Source: Catajapyx aquilonaris | Taxonomy: Eukaryota | Direction: 5' to 3' | Length of the DNA: 37,119 nt | Assembly (NCBI GenBank): GCA_000934665.2 | Contig: JYFJ02003842.1 | Span: 1-37,119 of the forward strand | Shown: piece by piece, positions 11,745 through 23,041 of the stretch | Layout: every line of letters starts with the position of its first letter | How positions within the stretch are numbered: position 1 is the first letter of the stretch | Position numbers and translations under genes: made by a program | The notes under the pieces: model-generated | Seen by the model: only the letters and a program-made list of their open reading frames with translations | Database searches by the model: none | What the model was told of the DNA's origin: nothing

Positions 11745-12070
11745 GAGGGTGCCTGGTGCCATCAACTGCACCATTTTGCCTGTGCATAAAATTCTTACAT
11801 TGGATGTCTTATTCTGCAAGTATAATTATGTGTCAATAGGAAACTTGACAATCTGCACACGCCTTCTTAACTGCCAGTGGCTTGGAGACACTCTGTACTA
11901 TCCCACAAAAGGTGCTGCCTTTGGTCATATTATGCAAGTGGCCTGCTGAAATTCTGCAGATGCGTAAAATCGCAATGCTGTAAAAATTTGCAGCTCCAGC
12001 CTCACATTATTTTTGTCCGCTTGTTAATTTTTGGAGTCAAATCTTGCCTCCCCAATGTCTCGAATCTCTA
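11745..12070 (-). pseudogene. Degenerate PIF/Harbinger (HARBI1-like) transposase fragment
   Basis: Minus-strand peptides ELQIFTALRFYASAEFQQ (11943-11996), FCGIVQSVSKPLA, VKFP and GAVDGT (11755-11772) occur in the order of the Harbinger motifs ALRFYAxG...FP...GAIDGT; interrupted by stops and frameshifts. Confidence 0.75.
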
Positions 12071-14151
12071 TACTGGTTCTTTGTGGAACTGGTGTCGGGC
12101 TTGGAATTCTGCTGGTCAGTACCTTTCAAAGGTATTTAACAGGGGTCAGTCGCCAGTAATCTCATGGTCTCTGTATCACTCGACGAAGCTGCCACATCTG
12201 CTGGGCTATACTTGCACAGTGCGACAACAGACAGCACGTATTGTTTCCTCCGCTGCTTATGCCATGTACTCCTATTTGTTGCCCCGCACAGCACACTGGA
12301 GGTGTTCAACGTCGAGGTCGCTTACGCGATGTGCAGGCCTGCACTGTAATTCATGTAGGCCTACCGAATTGCAGGTGGTGTATTTTGTGGTCAACAAATA
12401 CAGTATATAAGTCAGTACTGTAGACAGTATTTATTGATCACAAAATACCACCTCTGGAATCAGTACGTGAAGTACAGTGTGCCAGGCCTAGCGGTCAACA
12501 AACACTGTACTCCTGATAATCCGTGCCTTGCCAAAAACACAAGTTACAAATGAAACTCCGAAAAACTGTCGATGTCTTGCTAAGAAATATAACATGCTTT
12601 ATCCAGCAAACCTCAAATCTATGGTAAATTTTATTATTTTGATTCACTTATTTAAAGCAGCACACAGTCTGTCGAGTGGTTCATTAAAAACCTTGGATTA
12701 ACTCATTTTTACGGTGTCTAGGGCAATGTTTCCATTATCCGTGTTTTCCGATTATCCGGGCACACCTCGTACAGCCCAGATAATCCGGAGTACAATGTAT
12801 ACTGTACCATGCACACGGCAAAGATCGCTCCAGCATACAAAAATACGGCGGCCACGTGAATTTCACGCTTAGTAAAAAGTTAGAGGCAGCCCCTCCTGTC
12901 ATTAAAGCTGCATTATCTGGGCCCTAGTAGAATGCTCAAAAGCCTGCGGTGTTGCTAAGAGAGGGGTGATGAGGGGCAAAGCCTCCAATAGTGTCACAAA
13001 ATGAACTGAAAACCTCACCCATAAAAACTAGAAAAGGGGTACTAAGATAATTCAGGCGTCGCCATAGATTCAAATGGCAGGTATGAGCCAAAATGATGAT
13101 GATAATCCCTGCTAATGACCAAAAGTGTATCGTTGCATGTACATCAACATTACGACCCATCGTACTGCATAATTATGGGTTGGAATAGAAATATCACTGG
13201 AATCTGGAATGAACCCAACAAAGCCCCACATATAAACTTAGATCCATCATCTTTTAGCAGCAATAAGATCACCCTACCACACTATAGTGCAACTGTAAAG
13301 AATGTGCTTCATTACTTTGGACCCATTAATTTCAGCCTTGAGGTGATGTAAGTGTATGTGAACAAACCTGGAGGAGGTAGCTATGGAGGAAATCAACTGG
13401 TCCAAGTAATGTCAGTCTTTCCAGTTGCACTATAGCATGGTAGTACAGTACCTGCTTCGATATAGGTATCCATCAGGATCTGGTTAATGAACGAACTGAA
13501 CTATTCCAAGAAGCTTAAGTCTAGATAAATTCAGCAGTGCGTCACTCCACTGCAGAATCACAATTTTAGTGGTTTACCCCTCCATGTGTAATTTAAACCT
13601 GCCTGGAATTACCAATTATTATTCTAAGGCATGCAGGCACTGAAATAAGGCTGATGTAACACATTAGGCTCATGATTATACATGAATTAAAATGAATATG
13701 CGAATGCATGCTCCTGACAAGAAATGAATTTCCACGCTGCTTTCCTTCCTCACTCAAGCTTTCCATAAGTATAGGCCACTTTGATTTTCGACATTATTGT
13801 ACAAGTGGAAAAATGACTTGCAAAAGTACATGTGATGAATAATGGATATGGCCTTCTTGAGCATTGATCTAGTCTCCCTTGGAAAGTTTATGATACCCCA
13901 CATTACCTCAGGGCAGCTATTTCCTGGTAACAATCAATACTAATATTGATCGGTTTTATTTTTGCCCCTTTGCATTCCCTGTGTCACATCAACATTAATA
14001 CTCAGGTTAGCCATTAGCACCAATATCATCTGGTAATGAAATTAGCAGGTAACATACTTAGCCCCACACAAATCTAATTTGACAAGGCTGGAACAGGGTT
14101 GGATGCCTTCGTAACAAATTCATGAAATGTGACAGGCACAATTCGGCTCAC

Positions 14152-14163
14152 CTTATTCATCAC
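14152..14163 (-). CDS. UCHL3: UCH-L3-like exon 2 (12-nt micro-exon, VMNK)
   Basis: tttttctctcatttcag|GTGATGAATAAG|gtgagc; fills the gap between ESNPD and FLEGLG; vertebrate UCHL1/UCHL3 have a 4-codon exon at this position. Confidence 0.9.
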
Positions 14164-14327
14164 CTGAAATGAGAGAAAAATAATAATTAGTAATTCTCAT
14201 AGCAAAATACACTGCATAAAAACGTAGCATTTAACTATTACATTGGTCACATTCATTCACTGAAATTGGTGTTACATGTAAGTCTGATATTCCTGCTTGT
14301 CATATGAATGCCATGCATCTTCTAGTG

Positions 14328-15109
14328 CAGGGGTTCTTAACACTTAATCACCAACGTGAATCTGCCATACACTGGCTACGACGTGGGGTCTTTATGGACC
14401 CCACGCAGTTTTCATTTGCATATTTTTTAACTTAATAGCACTAAAGCCATTCTTCCCCGCTAAATTTGGCCTGTATTCTCATCTGTATGTGTAAAAAAAA
14501 TCGATCTCCTGTGACCCTTAGTTGAGTCATAAGGGACTTGAGACTCCCGTTATCGCAGCTTCATAGCCTTCCAGCTCGATGCAGTAAGTAATGGTTTATA
14601 ACGGTAACATTCCCAGCTGCAGGGTCTGTAAGATTTCAGTTCCAAGCAATATTTATTGCTGAATAACAACACTCACACTTTATAAAATACAATTTGCGCG
14701 ATGTGTTCTCTAAAAAATTATGTACATTGTGGTACATTGTCTACGACGTGGGGTATATCTGGACCCCACAGGGACGCTTAGCAGCATAAAAGTACCGGTA
14801 ACTTGGCAAAAAAAATAATTATACTGTCAAAAATTTTCATTTGATCGAAGAAAGTATGTCTGAGGAATATAGGCCTGCCATTTTTCATTTCATATAAAAT
14901 TTATTCATTGCGATGGTATTAACTACATTGTGGGGTCCAAATTAAGACCCCACGTTGGTGATTAAGTGTGAACATTTCCGGGCCACCGCACCCCTTTTAA
15001 GACAGTTGGTCCTTGTTGCACCCTCTACACAAAGAGTGATTCATTAAGTTCATAGTTACACTAAGTTCAGAGGGGCACCTTGCTTGCACCCCCAGGTTAA
15101 GAACCATTG
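14328..15109. mobile_element. hAT-type MITE (host of a piggyBac-like insert)
   Basis: TIR CAGGGGTTCTTAAC / GTTAAGAACCATTG; 8-bp TSD TTCTAGTG / TTCTAGCG. Confidence 0.85.
14341..14968. mobile_element. piggyBac-like non-autonomous element
   Basis: Perfect 18-bp TIR CACTTAATCACCAACGTG; flanks TTAA / TGAA; three internal GTGGGGT...ACCCCAC hairpin repeats. Confidence 0.82.
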
Positions 15110-15633
15110 TTCTAGCGAATTAATTTGCATCAGTTTTGTGCCACGTTTGTCTTCTAAAATTGACGTGTCCAGTGAACACATTCAATTTGGATGTATTCTG
15201 AAACAACCTGCGGCTACCTCCTATTAGCTTCAACCTTTCATGTGTTAAGTACCAGACATAGTCACCAATTACACAGTGCTCACAGCATGGCTATACCGAC
15301 TAGTGTAACTGTACGTAAAGTGAGAGACAAAAATTACACAAGTGTCCAGTATGCTCAAAGTTTGTAAATTTGACACATGAAACCCAATTCCACTAGATAT
15401 GGGTATGCATCTTTGGGCCCAACACAACTAGACCTGTACTACTTCTAAACTTCAATCAACACCTATTGGGCACTCCAGTATTACCCCCCTGGCATGTTTG
15501 AAATGAATAGCCTAGTGCTCCCTAGTAAGAAATTTTCCGCCATTTCTGACCTAGGCCTTGGACCGGCTTCCCTCCATGCTTTCCTCAGAATTTTCTAGCT
15601 ACAGTACTTGGGGGCACCAAAAAGGATACTCAC

Positions 15634-15681
15634 GTCCGGGTTGGACTCCAGGGGAAGCCAGGTAACGTTCTCGCCAGACAT
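15634..15681 (-). CDS. UCHL3: Ubiquitin C-terminal hydrolase (UCH-L3/Uch-like, peptidase C12), coding exon 1
   Basis: ATG at 15681; translates MSGENVTWLPLESNPD (UCH N-terminal WLPLESNP motif); GTGAGT donor; phase 0. Confidence 0.95.
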
Positions 15682-16220
15682 GATTGTAGATGCTTGAAAC
15701 ACAACGGGTGACAACACGGGAGGTCAGAAGGCACACTGCAACCGGCGGCAGGAGGAAACGGCGACTGGGGCAAAAAAAAATCGAACCGGTGAAAATAGGG
15801 GGGGAAAACAGCGTAGCGGCTAGTACCGGTATCTATAAATCCGGCTTTGACAAGTAGCTAATACATTAGTAACGGCTACTTAGCAATTAGGTTCATTACC
15901 GGGTGGAAATATAATTAGTTTTTACACACATATACTGTAATTGAACTCGGAGAATAAATGACAATTATTGGCTGCACACAAGCATACCGGTTCTTTCTCT
16001 GAGCTTTCGGACGCTTGTGGAACATAGGTTGTTGATGTAGCTAATACTTGATGCTGCTACTTAATAAGGAACATGGTTTCTGAGTTGCGGCATGGGATAG
16101 TAGCTATTAAGAGACCACGCCACATGTCATGAGTGTGAGTGCATGAGTGTCATGACGAGAGGGAGTTACGGTTGGCGATACGATAGGCCCTGAAATGTAT
16201 CCGTCACGTGACAAATATTT
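15682..16220 (-). promoter_or_regulatory. UCH 5' UTR and CpG-rich promoter region
   Basis: Immediately upstream of the ATG; locally CpG-rich against a CpG-poor background; palindromic GTCACGTGAC E-box at 16203-16212. The TSS cannot be determined. Confidence 0.55.
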
Positions 16221-16883
16221 GTAAAATAATAAAAATTAATCCAGCATTACACAGCACAAACTGCGCCACACGTTGTTATTGGCTGTTTGATTTTTCTGCA
16301 TAGGTCCAGCTTGAAATAATGGCTAATGCATCAACACATTTATTGTTCCTGACACTGCTGCTGGATGACATGCAATATACGTGCAATAATAATAATGTAG
16401 GCTAATGACAAAATAATAGAGTAAGGAAGCTCATTATTTTGATATTAGTATACGGTACTCTATTTACTGTGGGCGGCTTGCTGTGGTCATGTACACGATG
16501 AGGTGCTGACGAGTGGTGCTGAGATTCCCAGCTGGGATCAGCATTTTGTTTGGTCTTATTTACCTCAGTGACCTTCAACACCTAGCACACTGCATAATAA
16601 TGGACATTGCAGCTACAGTTACACATGCTACTTGATGCTACAAACCTACAAACACATGGACTGAGATGGAATATTGCCTAAATTTGTTAGGTTACATACA
16701 GTTTTATACATATGCACCCAGATCTAAAGCCATTTCAAAGCATTTAACTCCTCCTCATCGTCATCAGCAGAGACAGCTCATCCTCTATTGGTTTCCTAAA
16801 CTTGCGATAAAAATAATGAGATGTCCATTGTCGGCTTGTCGCTCCCTCTCTTCCTTCATTTTGCCAAGGTGCATGTGTTGATG

Positions 16884-17114
16884 CACTGCCGTAACAGTGC
16901 CGTAACAAGAACATTGGGGGCTCAGGTGCGAGTCATGATTTTGGGGCCCCCTTCCAATTACCCCCCGCTATAGTGTTTTTTGCGCAGGGATTACGATAAT
17001 AATCATTGCCTTCAACGCACAAAACGAGTGTTCTTTCTGATTAAAAATAAATAAAATAATTAAAATGCTGGATGGGGGCCCCGGTGCAATGCACCGCCAG
17101 TATTTACGGCACTG
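16884..17114. mobile_element. hAT-type MITE
   Basis: TIR CAGTGCCGTAA / TTACGGCACTG; exact 8-bp TSD TGTTGATG (16876-16883 / 17115-17122). Confidence 0.87.
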
Positions 17115-17957
17115 TGTTGATGGCAGGTGTGCGTTATGGCGTTATTCATTGGCCACATACTAGTCCCACCAGGTAAATCTGAATTCTTGTTTTGGATTGT
17201 TGTCAGCCTCTCCTAGACTTACACAACTAAATCCAAGAATAATCTGAGGAACTTCACAAGGGACGAGGACTCAGGCGGAGTGGCTCACACTAATTAGTGG
17301 GTCTGGAAGACCAGAAATCAAGACAAAGGCTGACAAGCCCAAAGACAGCCCAGAAATATCTGCATGTAGATGGTACGGTATAGTGTAGTGGTATGTATGA
17401 GAGACCCTTCAGGGGGTTCTTCTCCACCAAACCAACTAATGTACGGAAAACGAGAGAACGATCTGACGTCATCGTTTCTTCCATTGTTGCTTTTTGTTGA
17501 CACTGTTTACTCATATTGTTCTGTGAGGGTATTTTCATGGAAACCTTGATGACGTCAGATCGTTCTCTCATTTTCTGTACATTACATGCTGGTCAATTCT
17601 AGCAGCCCAGTTCTTATGACAAAATTCATGGGGCAAGGATAAGGAAGAAAGTGACTGTGGCCAATTTGAAATGGAAACCATCCTGGAAGTGATGAAAAGC
17701 TCACAGACACTTCAGACAAGATGGTCAACACCCGAAGTGAAACACAGGACCTCCCAAATAACAGCCTTTACATATGTAACTGCTAAATACTGTACCAGTG
17801 TGAGGCCACCCACATGTATAGCCTTAAAATTATATCAGATTTTAACATACATAACATTACAAAGTTATTCACCTATAAGGAAGTGCAGTTTGTAGAATTA
17901 TGCACTAGCTGCATACATAGGTACCAGTACTAACAGTAGTTTTTGAGCCACAATCAT

Positions 17958-18198
17958 CTAGTCATTCTAGTGGTTATGCCCACTGACCAAACATGGGAAG
18001 TCCAAGGTTCAAATCCCGCTCCTATCATTATCATTTGGTTGGGTCTGTTTTCCCATTTTCTCTACTGACACATCCAGGCAGGCCTGTATTCATCTCTTCT
18101 CTGTCCAAGTCTGCAGATGTGTAATTAGATATTCACCGCTTTTTTTTGTAGCAGTAACAGTAACAGTAGTAGCAGAGCCAAAGTAGTAGCAAGAGCTG

Positions 18199-18258
<60 letters not shown>
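17958..18258 (+). mobile_element. Old tRNA-derived SINE followed by a (GTA)n tract
   Basis: TCTAGTGGTTATGCC...GGTTCAAATCCC head similar to the copies at ~25075 and ~30986; boundaries approximate. Confidence 0.6.
18199..18258. repeat. (GTA)n microsatellite
   Basis: Pure run of about 20 GTA units. Confidence 0.95.
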
Positions 18259-18259
<1 letters not shown>

Positions 18260-18951
18260 GAAGAGCTAATAACTAGTTGTTAGCTCTTGGTAGTAGTAAA
18301 AATAAAAATAATAAAAATAATTAAAGAACAGATTTTAGGTCCTAAAAACCCTCATATAGGTAGGCATTTAAGTCCTGATAACAGTCAAAAAAAGCAAGCA
18401 GGTCGTAATTTATTTTCATTCCTATACAATATTATAGTCTCCTCGTCTTGGCTATGGAATTTTGTTGCACATTAACAAACTAGCAGTTGTTCCCCATTTT
18501 CGCGTATTTTCGTTGGTTAGTCATTGACGCCTGTCTAACAAAACACCTTTATACGCTGAAAATGACCTTTCGACGTCACATGAAGCAACTGGATCATACT
18601 TGAAAAGTGAAATGTCTTCTACTGCCAGTTCACCTGACATGCCTACAGCTTCTTGGCCCTTCGTAGGTTGAAGCAGGATGGATGTGCCTTGAACAGAATA
18701 CCCTCAAAAATCTCGAAAATCTTACAGAACGGCGTCAAAAAGGCGGAAATAGGTGCAAATATGCACTAATAGGCCATTTAGGTTCCAACGTCCAAAATAG
18801 GCAATTTTAGGTTCTATAAAACTACGATTTTTGAGGTCCTTGTGTTATTAAATGGATAGATATTTTGGTTCCAGTGTTTTGCCTACAGAATAAAAATGAG
18901 ATAAAAACCTAGAAATCCATTGTCTAATAATAATAATAATACAGGTGACTC

Positions 18952-19307
18952 AGGGAGGCGGAGTGGTGCTGCGGTAACGCACGTGCCCACGGATGTTAAG
19001 GTCCCGGGTTCGATCCCAGCCCGGGGTTCCCCCTTCATCTCGTGCAGAGTTGGACCATCTCTGGCTTCGTCTCGGGTGGAAATTTCCGCTAGACTAATCC
19101 ACCCGGGGGAGTTCACAAAATGACCAATATAACGACATTGCACTTTTTGCACTTTGCACATCCCCTCCTACTTACCCTTGGAACAACTAGACATATCCAG
19201 TATATGGTTCCAACAAATGGTGGTATCCCACTCCCCTAACAAGGGCCCCGGGCCCGATAATGGGGTACAGTAAAAAAATAAAATAATAAAATATAATAAA
19301 ATAAATA
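18952..19307 (+). mobile_element. Full-length tRNA-derived SINE
   Basis: A box TGGTGCTGCGG, B box GGGTTCGATCCC; A-rich tail; 14-bp TSD AATACAGGTGACTC (18938-18951 / 19308-19321). Confidence 0.92.
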
Positions 19308-19311
19308 AATA

Positions 19312-19374
19312 CAGGTGACTCCAGATTTAACAGCCTAGGCTACAATAGAGGTCTGTTATATCTGGAGTCAACTG
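19312..19374. mobile_element. Tiny pogo/Tigger-like MITE
   Basis: CAGGTGACTCCAGATTTAACAG ... CTGTTATATCTGGAGTCAACTG inverted termini; TA on the left flank. Confidence 0.65.
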
Positions 19375-20580
19375 TTATCATTATGATGATTATGATTATT
19401 TTATTACTACTAGTCTACTACTGCTGCTACTGCTACAAAAGAGCAGTGAATATTTAATTAACCTTTCTCTTCTTCATTGATGTCAAGACTGCAGTTGGCT
19501 GATGTAACATTCAATGTTACCCCAGTTCAATACAAGTTAGAAATGGTCAATACCTGTATTGCACCTGCAAAATATACTGCAAAGCACCTGCAGTATGGAT
19601 TCAGATAATTGCTGCTAAAAATACTTAAGTGCAATTCAGCACCTATTATTATTTTTATGATACTGCTACAGGGCAAGCACTTTTTTTCTCGAGAAATAAT
19701 TGCAATGTTGAAATCTTTTCCATAGTTTTTTTATTTACAATATTATGCATCATGTAATCACAATATTACTTGAGGAGATAAATACAAACATTTCAAATAT
19801 CACCATGCTCTAACTGCTGGCACAATGTCACCTGATGAATGTTATGTGGGATTATAATATTGTGCAATTTCACTACTTAGCATTTTTGGAATCATCGTTG
19901 AAAATGTGCATCTTTGCAAACTAGGAACTTTTCTTAAATAGCCAAATTGTGTCACAGCAAGTTCATTTACAAACGGAATGATTCTCATACATTATTTTTT
20001 ATATCCAGGCAACTTGACTAGTCTAAAATTTTGACCGCAAATATGTACAAGAGTACATGATTTCTTTTTACATACATGTTATTTCACTTGCTATTAAAAT
20101 ACATTGAGAAATTGGTAATGAGGGGAAAAAATGCACCACCTTTTACAACCTTGAAAATGGATCCTGCTTTTTTATTATTTGAGTGTCTAAGTTCAAAAAT
20201 AATTTAGTTGTTACGAGGCATTTGTGGTACATACCCTGTGTTTCATACACTTTATATTTTCTTGGAGGGTGTGAATAAAATAAAATGTGGTAACTTGTTT
20301 TTAATAAAATACGTTAAATTTATATTACGAATGAAGACTAGTATTCTTAAGTAAACAAGAAATAAAATACTTGAGAAATAAACCATTTTTAAAGGAGTAA
20401 AATAAACACAACCTTGATTAAAAGCTTTTTAGGTTAAATAAAGCACCACATTAACAAACCAGTCAAGTCAGATATCATCTTACATTAAACCCAGAATAAC
20501 CAGGGTCAAGTAAAAACACGTAAGAAATTTTTTGCGGCTATCTCATTTTTGGTATTCAGGTAAATAATGTTATAAGGGTA

Positions 20581-20713
20581 CTAAGTCTGCCCACTTCCAA
20601 AAGTGCCAGGTGGAGGTCGGTACAGTTTTGGTATAGCCAATAGTTGGAGGCTGTTAAAGGCATACTTCTTTAGCCCAATGTTCTTCCATGCATTCTCTCT
20701 CCTACATCCTTGG
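20581..20713 (-). CDS. INPP4: INPP4 last coding exon
   Basis: (S)[43 protein letters not shown], the typical INPP4 C-terminus; TAG at 20581-20583. Confidence 0.96.
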
Positions 20714-20809
20714 CTGAAAATGTCAAAAAAATTCAAATAATGTCATTTGGGAAAAGTATAAAGGTACATTTCATTGTCCTAAATTCTTTCATATCATCTG
20801 CATCCTTAC

Positions 20810-20945
20810 CTCCTGGTGCAGTCCAGTGCCTTCTGAAATTCATGCTCGGCCAAATCATACTCCTCTGCCAGTATCTGACACTGCTCCAAGGTGACTGCCA
20901 TTGACGTTCTGTCCTTTGCACTTTTGCAGCTAGTAAACCGAAGAC
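20810..20945 (-). CDS. INPP4: INPP4 catalytic exon (CX5R motif CKSAKDRT at 20905-20928)
   Basis: (G)[44 protein letters not shown]; gtaagg donor. Confidence 0.98.
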
Positions 20946-21015
20946 CTATTGCATAGACACCAGTGTTAATAAGTGCTCTAAAACAGATGTACTTGTATCT
21001 TCAGATAATACGTGC

Positions 21016-21144
21016 CCATCATTTTGCGACTGATCTGTGCTGCCAAGTGCAGAACCTGCACATTTTTGGATGTTTTTGCATGGACTTCCTGTTTTAGGCG
21101 ATCCATAAGCTCTGGTAGTGACGGAAGGCATGATGAAGTAGGCC
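21016..21144 (-). CDS. INPP4: INPP4 exon with a GC donor
   Basis: 129 nt, phase 1-1; ...LMDRLKQEVHAKTSKNVQVLHLAAQISRKMM G|gcacgt. Confidence 0.9.
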
Positions 21145-21362
21145 CTGTAAAGGAAATAATGATTACTTCATAATTAACAACACCTCTGTAAACTCCTTGT
21201 CAAGTCACACCAACCCCAATCTTTCAGGCTTTGCCCTTAAATTAAAATAATACTTCAGTACTTTAATGTTACTTATCTTTTAAATGCATAATTGAACATG
21301 TGGGTTAATAAGATGAAATATAAACTAACAATTAGCTCTCTTGTAATAAGTGGTCAGCTTAC

Positions 21363-21867
21363 GCTTGTTGTGAGCATCTGCCGAAGGCCTGGGCAGCTTC
21401 CTGAAGCGATTATAGTATTCACTAAGCCTTTCATAATTATCCAGGTTGCCCTTCTCCTGGGGACGAACATCCCCGAACTTCTCCGCCAGAGTAGCTTGCT
21501 CGTTAATACCAATGTTGAAGAATACTGGGGTCACTCCAAAGGTTGTCTGGTCTGCTGGGAGGAGGGTGAAGACTGAGTCTGGAACTGGGATAACCACCTT
21601 CAAGCCAGATCGGGACCCCTGCACACTAGGGATAATATCTTCGTTTGAAGGCTCTCCACTAGTGCACATTGCCAGCTGGAACTCGACAGTGCGGAGGTCC
21701 TCAATGGCTACGGCCATATCTCCCCACATCTCTGCCTCAGTGGAATGGTAACTTAGGAGACCCTCAAATGATGCCAGGGGGCCAAGGCGAGAGAGGACAA
21801 ACAGAAATGTGGGGTCTGCCTTTTGGCACCACAGTCGGGACATCAAGCCAGACACTAAAGCTGTCAG
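21363..21867 (-). CDS. INPP4: INPP4 exon (phosphatase domain)
   Basis: 505 nt, phase 0-1; LTALVSGLM...FEGLLSYHSTEAEMWGDM...VTPVFFNIGINEQATLAEKFGD... Confidence 0.96.
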
Positions 21868-21907
21868 CTGAAATAATGTGAATCAAAATCAGGCAACTGT
21901 TATGGTA

Positions 21908-22042
21908 CGGTGGTGGAAATTAATGGATATCCACAAGTATCGCTGCCTTGCAGAGCTTTTCCTTTGCTTCATGCAGCTTCATGTAAAGGAAAAGCTCCAC
22001 CAGGCGGTGATACTTGTGGATATCCATTCATTTCCACCACTG
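21908..22042. mobile_element. Palindromic TA-flanked MITE
   Basis: TA|CGGTGGTGGAAAT...ATTTCCACCACTG|TA with ~60-bp arms. Confidence 0.85.
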
Positions 22043-22178
22043 TACATTATTAAGCTGTGCACAGTTTGGACCTTATGGAAGATGTTCAAAAATACCCCAC
22101 TTGACTGAAGAATACATGTCCTATCATAATGAATGCAGTCTCTTTTTCGGGGGGAGGGGATGATCTAAATGTGTTTAA

Positions 22179-22398
22179 CCCTCTCGCCGCCGGGATGACA
22201 CCAGGTGGGGATTTGAAATTTCAAGAATTTTTTGCGGAAATTCTATAAGGTGTAAATGAATGTGGTTTTCGGCATATTCACAAGTAAGCCAGGGAGAACT
22301 GACATCACATTGGGTGAGATATGGAATTTTTAAAATACGATTATGTCATGCATCAGTCATTGATGAGTCATGCGGGGGAGGCGGCGGCGGTCAGAGCG
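22179..22398. mobile_element. piggyBac-like MITE
   Basis: TTAA|CCCTCTCGCCGCCG...CGGCGGTCAGAGCG|TTAA, imperfect TIR. Confidence 0.7.
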
Positions 22399-22677
22399 TT
22401 AATACCTAAATGACCCTTTATGAACATCCTGATATTTTCCTTGTACGTTACACTTACAAATAAGAAGTGCCCAATTATAAAGGAACCTTAGGCACTCTTG
22501 GCAAATCCCACCCATACATAAGCAATATTCAGTTGTGACACAAGGTGATGGACAATGATACTGGAAACATTTTCTTTCCCACCCTGTATGAGGGGAGAAT
22601 ATGAGTGCATCTTTCCATTTTCAACCATGCTTGTATAAACCAGACACTCAAATCCCAGAGAGAAGTGGTGCACTCAC

Positions 22678-23041
22678 AGCCTGTGAGAAACAGACATCCC
22701 TCCTGTATTTGATAGCAGCAGCTAGCTTTGCTGTGTCAGTCCCCTCTTGCATCCGGAAGACCCCATGGGTGAGTCTTGCTGTCTTCAGAAGGCCATCCAT
22801 GGCCTGTCTCAGCTTCTTCATGCTTGGCCGTAGTTCCCCAACCCAGTCCCCAACACTCCCTACTTTCCCATTGCTGCCACCTCCAGTTCCTGTTCCACTC
22901 CCACCACAGTCTAAACCATCTACATTTAAAGAGGGGTCACTCTTTCGCCTTTCCGATTTGGATCCATTCACACCATCAATGTCACCTAGGTGGGATAGCC
23001 TGCTTGAAACACTCATGCTGGTTTTCCATGCATGCTGGGAC
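22678..23041 (-). CDS. INPP4: INPP4 exon
   Basis: ctcaacag|G TCC (the phase-2-compatible acceptor); ...DWVGELRPSMKKLRQAMD...YRRDVCFSQA|gtgagt. Confidence 0.9.

Noticed and set aside
11877..12410. 177-aa plus-strand ORF
   Set aside because: No recognisable motif; antisense to the decayed Harbinger transposase.
15980..17400. Divergent plus-strand gene from the UCH promoter
   Set aside because: Scattered splice-like sites only, and the frames I tested close quickly. A lncRNA cannot be excluded, but there is no positive evidence.
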